DNA from: Deltaproteobacteria bacterium
GTDB taxonomy: Bacteria; Desulfobacterota; Deferrimicrobia; Deferrimicrobiales; Deferrimicrobiaceae
Direction: 5' to 3'
Assembly: GCA_016219515.1 (NCBI GenBank)
Contig: JACRMU010000065.1
Span: 1,705-65,704 of the forward strand
Length of the DNA: 64,000 nucleotides
The notes under the pieces were generated by a model, which made no database searches, had not been told where the DNA came from, and saw only the letters and a program-made list of their open reading frames with translations. A program made the translations under genes and the position numbers. Below are positions 18,432-27,229 of the stretch, piece after piece (within the stretch, counting starts at the first letter, position 1; every line of letters starts with the position of its first letter).

Positions 18432-20708
18432 TTGAGCGAATCGCGGGAACCAGCGGCCCGTCACGCCCGTGTCAAAACGTACATCATTGTCGTTTCGCTG
18501 ATCTGGACGGCACTGGCCGGATCCTCCTTCTTGTATAACCTGCGGCAACATCGCAAGGGGATCCGGGAGATGGCGCGCTCGGAGGCCCGATCCAGCATCA
18601 ACAAGGACCTCGCCTACCACCGCTGGGCCTCGGGCCACGGCGGGGTCTACGTCACGGTGACCGGGAAAACCCCGCCGAACCCCTACCTCTCGAACATCCG
18701 GGAACGGGACATCGGTACGCCGTCGCGCCGCCCGCTGACCCTGATCAACCCGGAGTACATGACGCGCCAGGTTCATGAGTTGAGCCTTGCGCAGTACGGA
18801 TTCCGGGGTCACATCACGAGTCTGAAGCCGATCCGTCCCGGCAACGCTCCCGACCCCTGGGAGGCGGAGGCCCTTCGGGCCTTCGAGCAGGGGAAGACCG
18901 AAGTCAGCTCCGTCGAGACGATCGAAAGGGAACCCTACCTGCGGTTGATGCTTCCGTTCGCCGCCGAGTCGCACTGCCTCATGTGCCACGCGGCGCAGGG
19001 GTACAAGGAAGGCGACATCCGCGGCGGGATCAGCGTCTCGGTCCCCCTTGCGCCGTTCCAGGCCGCGTCGGGGGGACATATGCGATCGGAGATCGCGGGA
19101 CATTGCCTCCTCTGGCTCCTCGGCCTGGCCGGGATCGGCGCGGGCGGCAGCCGGATCCTGAAGCAGATCCGCGAGCGCGACCGGTCCGAGGAGGCGCTGC
19201 GGGAAGCGCACCAGCGGCTGGCCTTCCACATTCAGCGGTTGCCGATGGGGTACGTCGTGTGGGGCGACGATTTCCGCGTGCGGGAGTGGAACCCCACGGC
19301 CGAGAAAATCTTCGGGTGGACCGCCGCCGAGGCGGTCGGGAAGCATTCCTACGACCTGATCGTTCCGCCGAAAGCGCAGTCCCCGGTGGATCGGGCCTGG
19401 GCGAAGCTCCTGGACGGGGAAGAAATGGTCCAGTCGGTGACCGCCAACCTCCGCAAGGGGGGGAAGGAAATCACCTGCGAATGGTTCCACGTCCCCCTGC
19501 GCGGAGCGGATGGAAGCGTGATCGGCATTCTCTCCACGGTCCACGACATCACGGAGAAGGCCCGGCTGGAGAAACAGCTCCAGACCGCCCAGCGGATGGA
19601 GACCGTGGGGACCCTTGCGGGCGGCATCGCGCACGATTTCAACAACGCCCTGACGGGGATCCTGGGATTCAGCCAGCTGCTGCGGCTGCGGATGGCGGGA
19701 GACCCGAAGGCGGCCGGCGATCTCGACGAGGTCATGCGGTGCGCGGAACGGGCGGCCACGTTGACGAGACAGCTCCTGACCTTCGCCCGCCGCCAGGTCA
19801 TCGAGCCGGTCAACCTGGACCTCAACGCCGCGGTGAACGACCTGATGAAGCTCATCGGGAAAGTGACGGGGGAGAGCATCGAGAAAAGGGCGATCCTCGC
19901 CAAGGGACTTCCGACCGTCCGCGCCGATCGCGCCCAGCTGGAGCAGGTGCTCATGAACCTGGTCCTGAACGCCCGGGATGCCATGCCGGGCGGCGGCGTC
20001 CTGTCGGTGGAAACCGAGGACGTCACATTCGACGAGTCCTACATCGATCGCTACCCCTATGTGAAGGCCGGGCGATACGCGGCGCTGGTGGTCTCCGACA
20101 CGGGGATCGGCATGGACGAGAAGACCCGGGAGCGGGTCTTCGAGCCGTTCTTCACCACGAAGGCGCCGGACAAGGGAACGGGGCTGGGGCTGGCGATGGT
20201 GTACGGGATCGTCAAGCAGCACGACGGGTTCATCCACCTCTACAGCGAGCCCGGCATGGGGACGACGTTCAAGGTGTACTTCCCCGCGGTGCAGGCCGCG
20301 CCCGATGCGGCGGCGGAGAGGAGGGAAGCGCCGCTCCGCGGAGGGAACGAAACGGTTCTTCTGGCGGAGGACGAGGAGACGATCCGGACGCTCGCGGAGC
20401 GGATCCTCAAGGAATACGGGTACACCGTGCTGACCGCGAGGAACGGGGAGGAGGCGATCGAGGTCTTTCGCCGGAACAAGGGCATATCGCTCGCCGTGCT
20501 GGACGTGGTCATGCCCAGGATCGGGGGGAAGGAAGCGTACGAGGCGATGCGCGCGGAGAACCCGGAGTTGAAGGTGATCTTCACGAGCGGCTATTCCGCC
20601 GACGCGGTTCACGAATCGTTCGTCATCGAACCCGGCCTGCAGTTCCTGCCGAAGCCGTACACGCCGACCATCCTGGCGAGGAAGGTCCGGGAAGCGCTGG
20701 ACGCATGA
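18432..20708 (+). CDS. hybrid sensor histidine kinase/response regulator with N-terminal heme-type sensor (CxxCH), PAS, HisKA, HATPase and REC domains
   Basis: TM helix then a CLMCH motif in a DUF3365-like sensor region. PAS, H-box IAHDFNNAL, G-boxes DTGIGMD and GTGLGLAMV, and a C-terminal receiver domain (LLAEDEE…LDVVMP). Confidence 0.85.
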   Translation: MSESREPAARHARVKTYIIVVSLIWTALAGSSFLYNLRQHRKGIREMARSEARSSINKDLAYHRWASGHGGVYVTVTGKTPPNPYLSNIRERDIGTPSRRPLTLINPEYMTRQVHELSLAQYGFRGHITSLKPIRPGNAPDPWEAEALRAFEQGKTEVSSVETIEREPYLRLMLPFAAESHCLMCHAAQGYKEGDIRGGISVSVPLAPFQAASGGHMRSEIAGHCLLWLLGLAGIGAGGSRILKQIRERDRSEEALREAHQRLAFHIQRLPMGYVVWGDDFRVREWNPTAEKIFGWTAAEAVGKHSYDLIVPPKAQSPVDRAWAKLLDGEEMVQSVTANLRKGGKEITCEWFHVPLRGADGSVIGILSTVHDITEKARLEKQLQTAQRMETVGTLAGGIAHDFNNALTGILGFSQLLRLRMAGDPKAAGDLDEVMRCAERAATLTRQLLTFARRQVIEPVNLDLNAAVNDLMKLIGKVTGESIEKRAILAKGLPTVRADRAQLEQVLMNLVLNARDAMPGGGVLSVETEDVTFDESYIDRYPYVKAGRYAALVVSDTGIGMDEKTRERVFEPFFTTKAPDKGTGLGLAMVYGIVKQHDGFIHLYSEPGMGTTFKVYFPAVQAAPDAAAERREAPLRGGNETVLLAEDEETIRTLAERILKEYGYTVLTARNGEEAIEVFRRNKGISLAVLDVVMPRIGGKEAYEAMRAENPELKVIFTSGYSADAVHESFVIEPGLQFLPKPYTPTILARKVREALDA

Positions 20709-21145
20709 GGGTCCTCCTTCAGAGAGTGAAAAGCGCCTCGGTCGCCGTCGGGGGGAGGGTTCAAGGCAGGATCGGACAGGGGCTGCTGGCGTTCGTGGGG
20801 ATCGCCCATGCCGACGACGAATCGCACGTTCAGTGGATGTGCGAGAAGATTCTCCGCCTGCGGATCTTCGAGGATGAGGCGGGGAAGATGAACCTCTCGG
20901 TGGCGGACGTGGGCGGGGGGATCCTGGTGGTGTCTCAGTTCACTCTTTACGGAGACGCTTCGAAGGGGAACCGTCCGGGCTTTTCCGAAGCCGCCCCGCC
21001 GGAAAAGGCCGAACGCCTATACGATGAAACGGTCCGGCGCCTGCGAGGCATGACGCAGCTTCCCGTCGAAACCGGGTCGTTCCGCGCGGAAATGGCGGTT
21101 ACGCTCGTGAACGACGGGCCCGTCACGATCTTGCTGGAGAGATAG
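20705..21145 (+). CDS. dtd: D-aminoacyl-tRNA deacylase
   Basis: MRVLLQRVKSASVAV…SQFTLYGD…NDGPVTILLE matches Dtd end to end. The ATG overlaps the upstream kinase stop (ATGA). Confidence 0.85.
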   Translation: MRVLLQRVKSASVAVGGRVQGRIGQGLLAFVGIAHADDESHVQWMCEKILRLRIFEDEAGKMNLSVADVGGGILVVSQFTLYGDASKGNRPGFSEAAPPEKAERLYDETVRRLRGMTQLPVETGSFRAEMAVTLVNDGPVTILLER

Positions 21146-22562
21146 AAAGGTACCGGTCGATCCCTTCCGCCGCCTGGCGGCCGTCGTCGATCGCGCGCAC
21201 CACCAGGGACGCCCCAAGCTTGGCGTCTCCGGCCGAGAAGACCCCCGGCGTGGAAGCCATCCGGTCTTCGTCGACCAGCAGGTTTCCCCGCGGATCGAGC
21301 GCGAGAGAAAGGTCCCGGACCAGCGGGCCGTGTTCCACGTGGACGAACCCCATGGCGAGCAGCACGAGGTCCGCCGGCAGTTCGAACTCCGACCCGGGGA
21401 TCTCCCGGAAATTCATGCGGCCGGAAGCATCGGGGCCCGACCACTCGAGGCGGACGCAGCGAAGCTTGCGCACCTGCCCTCCGTCCCCGACGAACTCCTT
21501 GGTCGAGACGCTCCAGGAACGCTCGCACCCCTCCTCCTGTGCGGAGGAGGTCCGCAGGACGTTGGGCCAGATCGGCCACGGGTTCGTCGGGACCCGCTCG
21601 TCGGGGGGCTTCGGAAGGATCTCCAGCTGGTGGATCGCGTGCGCTCCGTGGCGCCGGCTCGTGCCGATGCAGTCCGACCCCGTGTCGCCCCCGCCGATGA
21701 CGACGACGTTCTTCCCGGCGGCGCCGATCCCCTCCAGCGACAGGGGCTCCCCGCCGATCCGTTGATTCTGCTGCGTAAGGAACTCCATCGCGAAGTGGAC
21801 CCCCTTCAGGTCCCGCCCCGGGACGGGGAGGTCCCGGGGAACCGTGGCGCCCGTGGCGAGGAGGAGGGCGTCGAAGGTCCGCCGCAGGTATCGGACGGAA
21901 ATGTCCTTCCCGGCGTTGACGCCCGTTTCGAAGACGATCCCTTCCGCCCGCATCTGCTCGAGCCGCCGGTCGATGACCCATTTCTCCAGCTTGTAGTCCG
22001 GGATGCCGTACCGGAGGAGCCCCCCGGCCTTCTGGGCCTTCTCGAAGACCACGACGTCGTGTCCCTTGCGGGCGAGCTGCTGGGCCGCGGAAAGCCCCGC
22101 CGGGCCCGACCCGATGACGGCGACCCTCTTGCCCGTTCTGACCGGTGCCGGCTCGGGGACGATCCACCCCTCGCTCCACCCCCGCTCGACGATCTGGAGC
22201 TCGATGTGCTTGATCGTCACGGGGGGCATGTTGACCGCCAGGGTGCAAGCGGGCTCGCACGGGGCCGGGCAGACCCGTCCCGTGATCTCCGGCAGGTTGC
22301 AGGTGGCGTGGAGGAGATCGAGCGCCTTCCTCCATTGCTTCCGGTAGACCGCGTCGTTCCACTCGGGGATCCGGTTCTTCACCGGGCACCCTAAGGCGTG
22401 GCAGAAGGGGATGCCGCAATCCATGCACCGGGACGCCTGGATCTCCAGGGTCGAGCGGGGGAGCATCCCCTCGATCTCCACGAAGTCCCGGACCCGCTCC
22501 GCGACGGGCCGGTGGGGCGGATTTTCCCGCGGGTATTCCAGGAAGCCCGTATTCTTACCCAC
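21123..22562 (-). CDS. gltD: glutamate synthase (NADPH) small subunit
   Basis: Fe-S Cys cluster CMDCGIPFC…C, FAD/NAD GxGxxG motifs (VAVIGSGPAGLSAA; VVVIGGGDTGSDC). Immediately downstream of and overlapping gltB. Confidence 0.9.
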   Translation of the reverse strand: MGKNTGFLEYPRENPPHRPVAERVRDFVEIEGMLPRSTLEIQASRCMDCGIPFCHALGCPVKNRIPEWNDAVYRKQWRKALDLLHATCNLPEITGRVCPAPCEPACTLAVNMPPVTIKHIELQIVERGWSEGWIVPEPAPVRTGKRVAVIGSGPAGLSAAQQLARKGHDVVVFEKAQKAGGLLRYGIPDYKLEKWVIDRRLEQMRAEGIVFETGVNAGKDISVRYLRRTFDALLLATGATVPRDLPVPGRDLKGVHFAMEFLTQQNQRIGGEPLSLEGIGAAGKNVVVIGGGDTGSDCIGTSRRHGAHAIHQLEILPKPPDERVPTNPWPIWPNVLRTSSAQEEGCERSWSVSTKEFVGDGGQVRKLRCVRLEWSGPDASGRMNFREIPGSEFELPADLVLLAMGFVHVEHGPLVRDLSLALDPRGNLLVDEDRMASTPGVFSAGDAKLGASLVVRAIDDGRQAAEGIDRYLSISPARS

Positions 22563-25500
22563 GGTACACCTCTTCGGTGGCCGAAAGGGTCTCGGCCTCG
22601 TGGAACTCTTCCAGCTGCATCCGCTCGAGGACTTTCCGGTAGTCGACCGGCATGACCTTGACGAACAGGGGGAGGCGCGACTCCCAGTCGTCGAGGATCA
22701 TCTTCGCCCGGGCGCTGCGGGTGTACCGGAGATGGTTCTCGATCATCGTCCGGAGCTGCTTCGCATCCTCGGGGGCCCACACGCTTTCGACGTCCACCAT
22801 GTCGAGGTTGCAGCGGGTGTCGAAGAGCTCCGTCTCGTCGTAGACGTAGGCGATCCCGCCGCTCATCCCGGCCGCGAAGTTGACCCCGGTGCGGCCGAGG
22901 ACGACGACGATCCCCCCCGTCATGTACTCGCAGCCGTGGTCGCCCACCCCCTCGACGACCGCCTTCGCCCCGCTGTTCCGGACGGCGAAGCGCTCGCCGG
23001 CCACCCCGTGGAGGTAGAGCTCCCCGCCCGTCGCGCCGTAGAGGACGACGTTGCCGGCGATGATGTTCCGGTGGGGCAGGAAGGCGGACCCGGGAGGCGG
23101 CGTGACGACGATCCGCCCTCCGGACATCCCCTTCGCGAGGTAGTCGTTGGCGTCCCCATCGATCCGGATCGAAATGCCCGGGGCGAGGAAGGCGCCGAGG
23201 CTCTGGCCGGCCGAGCCGGTGAAGCGGAGGTCGATCGTCCCGTCCGGAAGGCCCTGGGCGCCGAACCGTTTCGCCACCTCCCCGGAGAGGCGGGTCCCCA
23301 CCGTCCTGTGGACGTTCCGGATCGGCAGGGAGATCCGGACGGGATGTCCCTTCGTCAGGGCGCTTTCCGCCCGGCGGATGAGCTCCACGTCGAGGGCCGA
23401 CTCCAGATCGTGCTCCTGGGGCCGGATGCGTCGCCGCACGGAGGTCTTCGGGTCCCCGGCCGGGAGGAGGATGCCCGAGAGGTCCACCCCCTTCGCCTTC
23501 CAGTGGTCGATCGCCGGCCGCATCTCGATCATGTCGACCCGCCCGACCATTTCGTCGACCGTCCGGAATCCGAGTTCCGCCATGGTTTCCCGGAGCTCCC
23601 GGGCGACGAAGCGGAGGAACCGCTCGACGTGCTCGGGTTTCCCGGCGAACATGGCCCGCAGCGCGGGGTCCTGGGTCGCCACGCCCACGGAGCAGGTGTT
23701 CATGTGGCATTTTCGCAGGAGGATGCACCCCAGCGTCACCAGGACCGACGTCCCGAAGCCGAATTCTTCGGCTCCCAGAAGCGCCGCGACGGCCACGTCC
23801 CGTCCCGTCTTGAGCTGCCCGTCGGTCTGGACGACGATCCGGTCCCGGAGCCGGTTGAGGATGAGCGCCTGCTGCGTCTCGGCAAGGCCGAGCTCCCACG
23901 GAAGGCCGGAGTGCTTGATCGAGGTGAGCGGGGATGCCCCCGTTCCGCCGTCGTGCCCGGAGATGAGGACGAGGTCGGACTTCGCCTTGGCGACTCCCGC
24001 CGCGACCGTTCCCACGCCGACCTCGGAGACAAGCTTCACCGAGACCTTCGCCTCCGGGTTCGCCGACTTGAGGTCGTAGATGAGCTGGGCGATGTCCTCG
24101 ATCGAGTAGATGTCGTGGTGCGGCGGCGGGGAGATGAGGGTCACCCCCGGCGTCGTGTGCCGGACCCGGGCGATCTCGACGCTCACCTTGTGGCCGGGGA
24201 GCTGGCCCCCCTCGCCCGGTTTCGCTCCCTGGGCCATCTTGATCTGCAGCTCGTCGGCGTTGATGAGGTACTCGATGGTGACCCCGAAGCGTCCGGAAGC
24301 GACCTGCTTGATCTTCGAGCGCAGGCTGTCGCCGTTTTCCAGGGGGATGTACCGCGCCGGGTCCTCGCCCCCCTCCCCCGAATTGCTCCGCCCGCCGAGC
24401 CGGTTCATCGCGATGGCGATCGTCTCGTGGGCCTCCTTGCTGATCGACCCGTACGACATGGCGGCCGTGACGAAGCGCGGGGTGATCCGTTCGACCGGCT
24501 CGACCTCCTCGATCGGTATCGTCCGGCCCGGAAGGAACCGGAAGAGGGAGCGCAGCGTCGCCTGCTGGCGCGACTGGTCGTTGACGATGGCGGAGAACTC
24601 CTTGAAGACCTTGTAGTCGTCTGTCCGCACCGCCTGCTGGAGCTTGTAGATCGCCTCCGGGGGCCACAGGTGCTTCTCCCCGCCGACCCGGATCTGGTAG
24701 ATCCCGCCCGGGTCGAGGAGACAGTCGACGGGGCCGGCCTTCGGCCAGGCGCTGCGGTGGCGCGCATTCGCCTCCGCGGCGATCTCTTCGAGCCCGATCC
24801 CTCCGATACGGGATGCGGTGCCGCAGAAATACCTGTCGATGACGGCGCGCCCGATCCCCACGGCCTCGAAAATCTGTGCGCCGAAGTAGCTCCGGATGGT
24901 CGAGATCCCCATCTTGGAGAGGATCTTCAGGAGCCCTTTCTTCACCGCCGTGACGTAGGCGTCGATCGCGTCCCCCGGCAGGATCATTTTCTCGAGGAGC
25001 TCCTCTTCCGCCATGGCCCGGACGGTCGAGAAGGCGACGTAGGGGCAGATCGCATTCGCTCCGTACCCGATGAGCAGGGCGTAATGCGTGACCTCCCGGG
25101 CTTCCCCCGTCTCGACGATGATCCCGGCATGGGTCCGCAGGCCTCGCCGGATGAGGTGATGGTGCAGCCCGGACGTCGCCAGGAGCGCCGGGATCGGGGC
25201 CCGGTCGCCGGAGACGTTCCGGTCCGTGAGAACGAGGAGGGTCGCCCCTTCGGAGATGTGCTTGTCCGCCTGCACGAACAGGGACGAAAGCGCCGCCTCG
25301 AGGGCCGCTCCGTCTCCCCCCGCCGGGAAGAGGATGTCGATCTCCCGGGTGACCACGTCCGGGTGGGAAGCTTTCCGAAGGCGGATCATGTCCGCCGGCG
25401 TGAGGATTGGGTGGGGGAGCTTGAGCATCCGGTAGTGGACCGGCGTCTCGTCGAGGAAGTTCTTTTCCCGCCCGACGAAAGCCCGCAGCGACATGACGAG

Positions 25501-27132
25501 CTCCTCCCGGAGCGGGTCGATCGGCGGGTTCGTCACCTGGGCGAACAGCTGCTTGAAATAGTTGTAGAGAAGATGGGGCCGGTCGGAGAGAACGGCGAGC
25601 GACGCGTCGTCCCCCATCGAGCCGACGGGCTCCTGCCCCTGGGAAGCCATGGGGGCGATGATCATCCGCAGGTCTTCCTCCGTGTAGCCGAAGGCGTGCT
25701 GCTTGCGCAGGAGAACTTCGGGGTCTTCGGACCGGATCTCGGGGGGGGCGAAGAGCCCCCGCATCTCGATCCGGTTGTCCTTGACCCAGTGGCGGTAAGG
25801 GCGCCGCCGCGAGATCTTCGCCTTGATCTCGTTGTCGGGGACGATCCGCTTCTCCTGGAGGTCGACGAGGAACATCTTGCCCGGCTGGAGGCGCCCCCGC
25901 TGGACGATTTCGTCGGGGTCGAAGTCCAGGACCCCCGTTTCCGAGGCGAGGACGATGAGGCCGTCCCGGGTCACGGTGTAGCGGGAGGGCCGCAGGCCGT
26001 TCCTGTCCAGGGTTCCGCCGATGTACCGGCCGTCCGTGAAAACGAGGGCCGCTGGGCCGTCCCACGGCTCCATCAGGGCCGAGTGGTACTCGTAAAAGGC
26101 CCGCTTGTCTTCGCTCATCTGGTACTTGGGGCCGAACGCCTCGGGGACCATCATCATGACCGCGTGGGGAAGGGAACGCCCCGCCATGACGAGGAGCTCG
26201 AGGCCGTTGTCGAAGATCGCCGAGTCGCTCCCCGATTCGATCAGGACCGGCCGGATCTTCTCGATGTCGGCTCCGAAAAGGTCGGAGGCCATCTGGGCCT
26301 CCCGGGACCGCATCCGGTTGATGTTTCCCCGCAGCGTGTTGATCTCCCCGTTGTGGGCGAGGAACCGGAAGGGATGGGCGAGGTGCCACGTCGGCAGGGT
26401 GTTCGTGCTGTACCGCTGGTGGACGATGGCGAAGGGGCTCGCGAAGAGGTCCACTTCGAGGTCCGGGTAGAAAGAGGGAAGCTGGGATCCCGTGAGGAGC
26501 CCCTTGTAGACCAAGGTCCGGGAGGAGAGGCTCGAGATGTAGAACTGGCTGTAGTCGGCGTCGTCGCGCTTGCCGATCGCCTTCTCGGCCATCCGGCGGA
26601 TCACGTAGAGCTTCCGCTCGAACGCGTCGGCCGCTGCGGCCCCACGGTCGAGGAAGCACTGGACGATCCCGGGTTTCGTGGACCGGGAGAGCTCCCCCAG
26701 GAGCCGGTCGTTGTGAGGGACCTCCCGCCATCCCAGGACCGGGTGTCCCTCTTCGAGCGCGATCCGCTCGAAAATTTCGACGCACCGCGCGGCGAGCTTC
26801 GGATCGGAGGGCAGGAAGACCATTCCGACCGCATAGCTCCCCGCCGGGGGGAGGGCGAAGGGAAGGCCGGCGAGCCGGAAGAAGGTGTCGGGGACCCGAA
26901 CGAGAATCCCGGCGCCGTCGCCGGTCGACTTGTCCCCCCCGATCGCTCCCCGGTGCTCGAGATTGACGAGGATCCGGATCCCTTTTTCGACGATGGAATG
27001 GCTGGGTTCCGCCGACAGGGTGGCGACGAACCCCACTCCGCAGGCGTCGTGCTCGCAGGCGGGATCGTACAGGCCCCGCTGCTCCGGAACTCCCGCGGCG
27101 TTACGTCGGAAAAAATCGCATTGATCGCTCAA
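22555..27132 (-). CDS. gltB: glutamate synthase large subunit (ferredoxin/NADPH type)
   Basis: 1525 aa. N-terminal amidotransferase domain with catalytic Cys (CGVGFVA), FMN and 3Fe-4S domains, C-terminal GXGXG domain. Canonical GltB throughout. Confidence 0.9.
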   Translation of the reverse strand: MSDQCDFFRRNAAGVPEQRGLYDPACEHDACGVGFVATLSAEPSHSIVEKGIRILVNLEHRGAIGGDKSTGDGAGILVRVPDTFFRLAGLPFALPPAGSYAVGMVFLPSDPKLAARCVEIFERIALEEGHPVLGWREVPHNDRLLGELSRSTKPGIVQCFLDRGAAAADAFERKLYVIRRMAEKAIGKRDDADYSQFYISSLSSRTLVYKGLLTGSQLPSFYPDLEVDLFASPFAIVHQRYSTNTLPTWHLAHPFRFLAHNGEINTLRGNINRMRSREAQMASDLFGADIEKIRPVLIESGSDSAIFDNGLELLVMAGRSLPHAVMMMVPEAFGPKYQMSEDKRAFYEYHSALMEPWDGPAALVFTDGRYIGGTLDRNGLRPSRYTVTRDGLIVLASETGVLDFDPDEIVQRGRLQPGKMFLVDLQEKRIVPDNEIKAKISRRRPYRHWVKDNRIEMRGLFAPPEIRSEDPEVLLRKQHAFGYTEEDLRMIIAPMASQGQEPVGSMGDDASLAVLSDRPHLLYNYFKQLFAQVTNPPIDPLREELVMSLRAFVGREKNFLDETPVHYRMLKLPHPILTPADMIRLRKASHPDVVTREIDILFPAGGDGAALEAALSSLFVQADKHISEGATLLVLTDRNVSGDRAPIPALLATSGLHHHLIRRGLRTHAGIIVETGEAREVTHYALLIGYGANAICPYVAFSTVRAMAEEELLEKMILPGDAIDAYVTAVKKGLLKILSKMGISTIRSYFGAQIFEAVGIGRAVIDRYFCGTASRIGGIGLEEIAAEANARHRSAWPKAGPVDCLLDPGGIYQIRVGGEKHLWPPEAIYKLQQAVRTDDYKVFKEFSAIVNDQSRQQATLRSLFRFLPGRTIPIEEVEPVERITPRFVTAAMSYGSISKEAHETIAIAMNRLGGRSNSGEGGEDPARYIPLENGDSLRSKIKQVASGRFGVTIEYLINADELQIKMAQGAKPGEGGQLPGHKVSVEIARVRHTTPGVTLISPPPHHDIYSIEDIAQLIYDLKSANPEAKVSVKLVSEVGVGTVAAGVAKAKSDLVLISGHDGGTGASPLTSIKHSGLPWELGLAETQQALILNRLRDRIVVQTDGQLKTGRDVAVAALLGAEEFGFGTSVLVTLGCILLRKCHMNTCSVGVATQDPALRAMFAGKPEHVERFLRFVARELRETMAELGFRTVDEMVGRVDMIEMRPAIDHWKAKGVDLSGILLPAGDPKTSVRRRIRPQEHDLESALDVELIRRAESALTKGHPVRISLPIRNVHRTVGTRLSGEVAKRFGAQGLPDGTIDLRFTGSAGQSLGAFLAPGISIRIDGDANDYLAKGMSGGRIVVTPPPGSAFLPHRNIIAGNVVLYGATGGELYLHGVAGERFAVRNSGAKAVVEGVGDHGCEYMTGGIVVVLGRTGVNFAAGMSGGIAYVYDETELFDTRCNLDMVDVESVWAPEDAKQLRTMIENHLRYTRSARAKMILDDWESRLPLFVKVMPVDYRKVLERMQLEEFHEAETLSATEEVYRG

Positions 27133-27229
27133 GCGTCTATCCTCACGGTCGCAGTTGGAACCTTATATTATAATCTCATTGCCTTCCCTGCGTCGATATG
27201 CCTGCACATTTGGAATATTGCACGGAACG

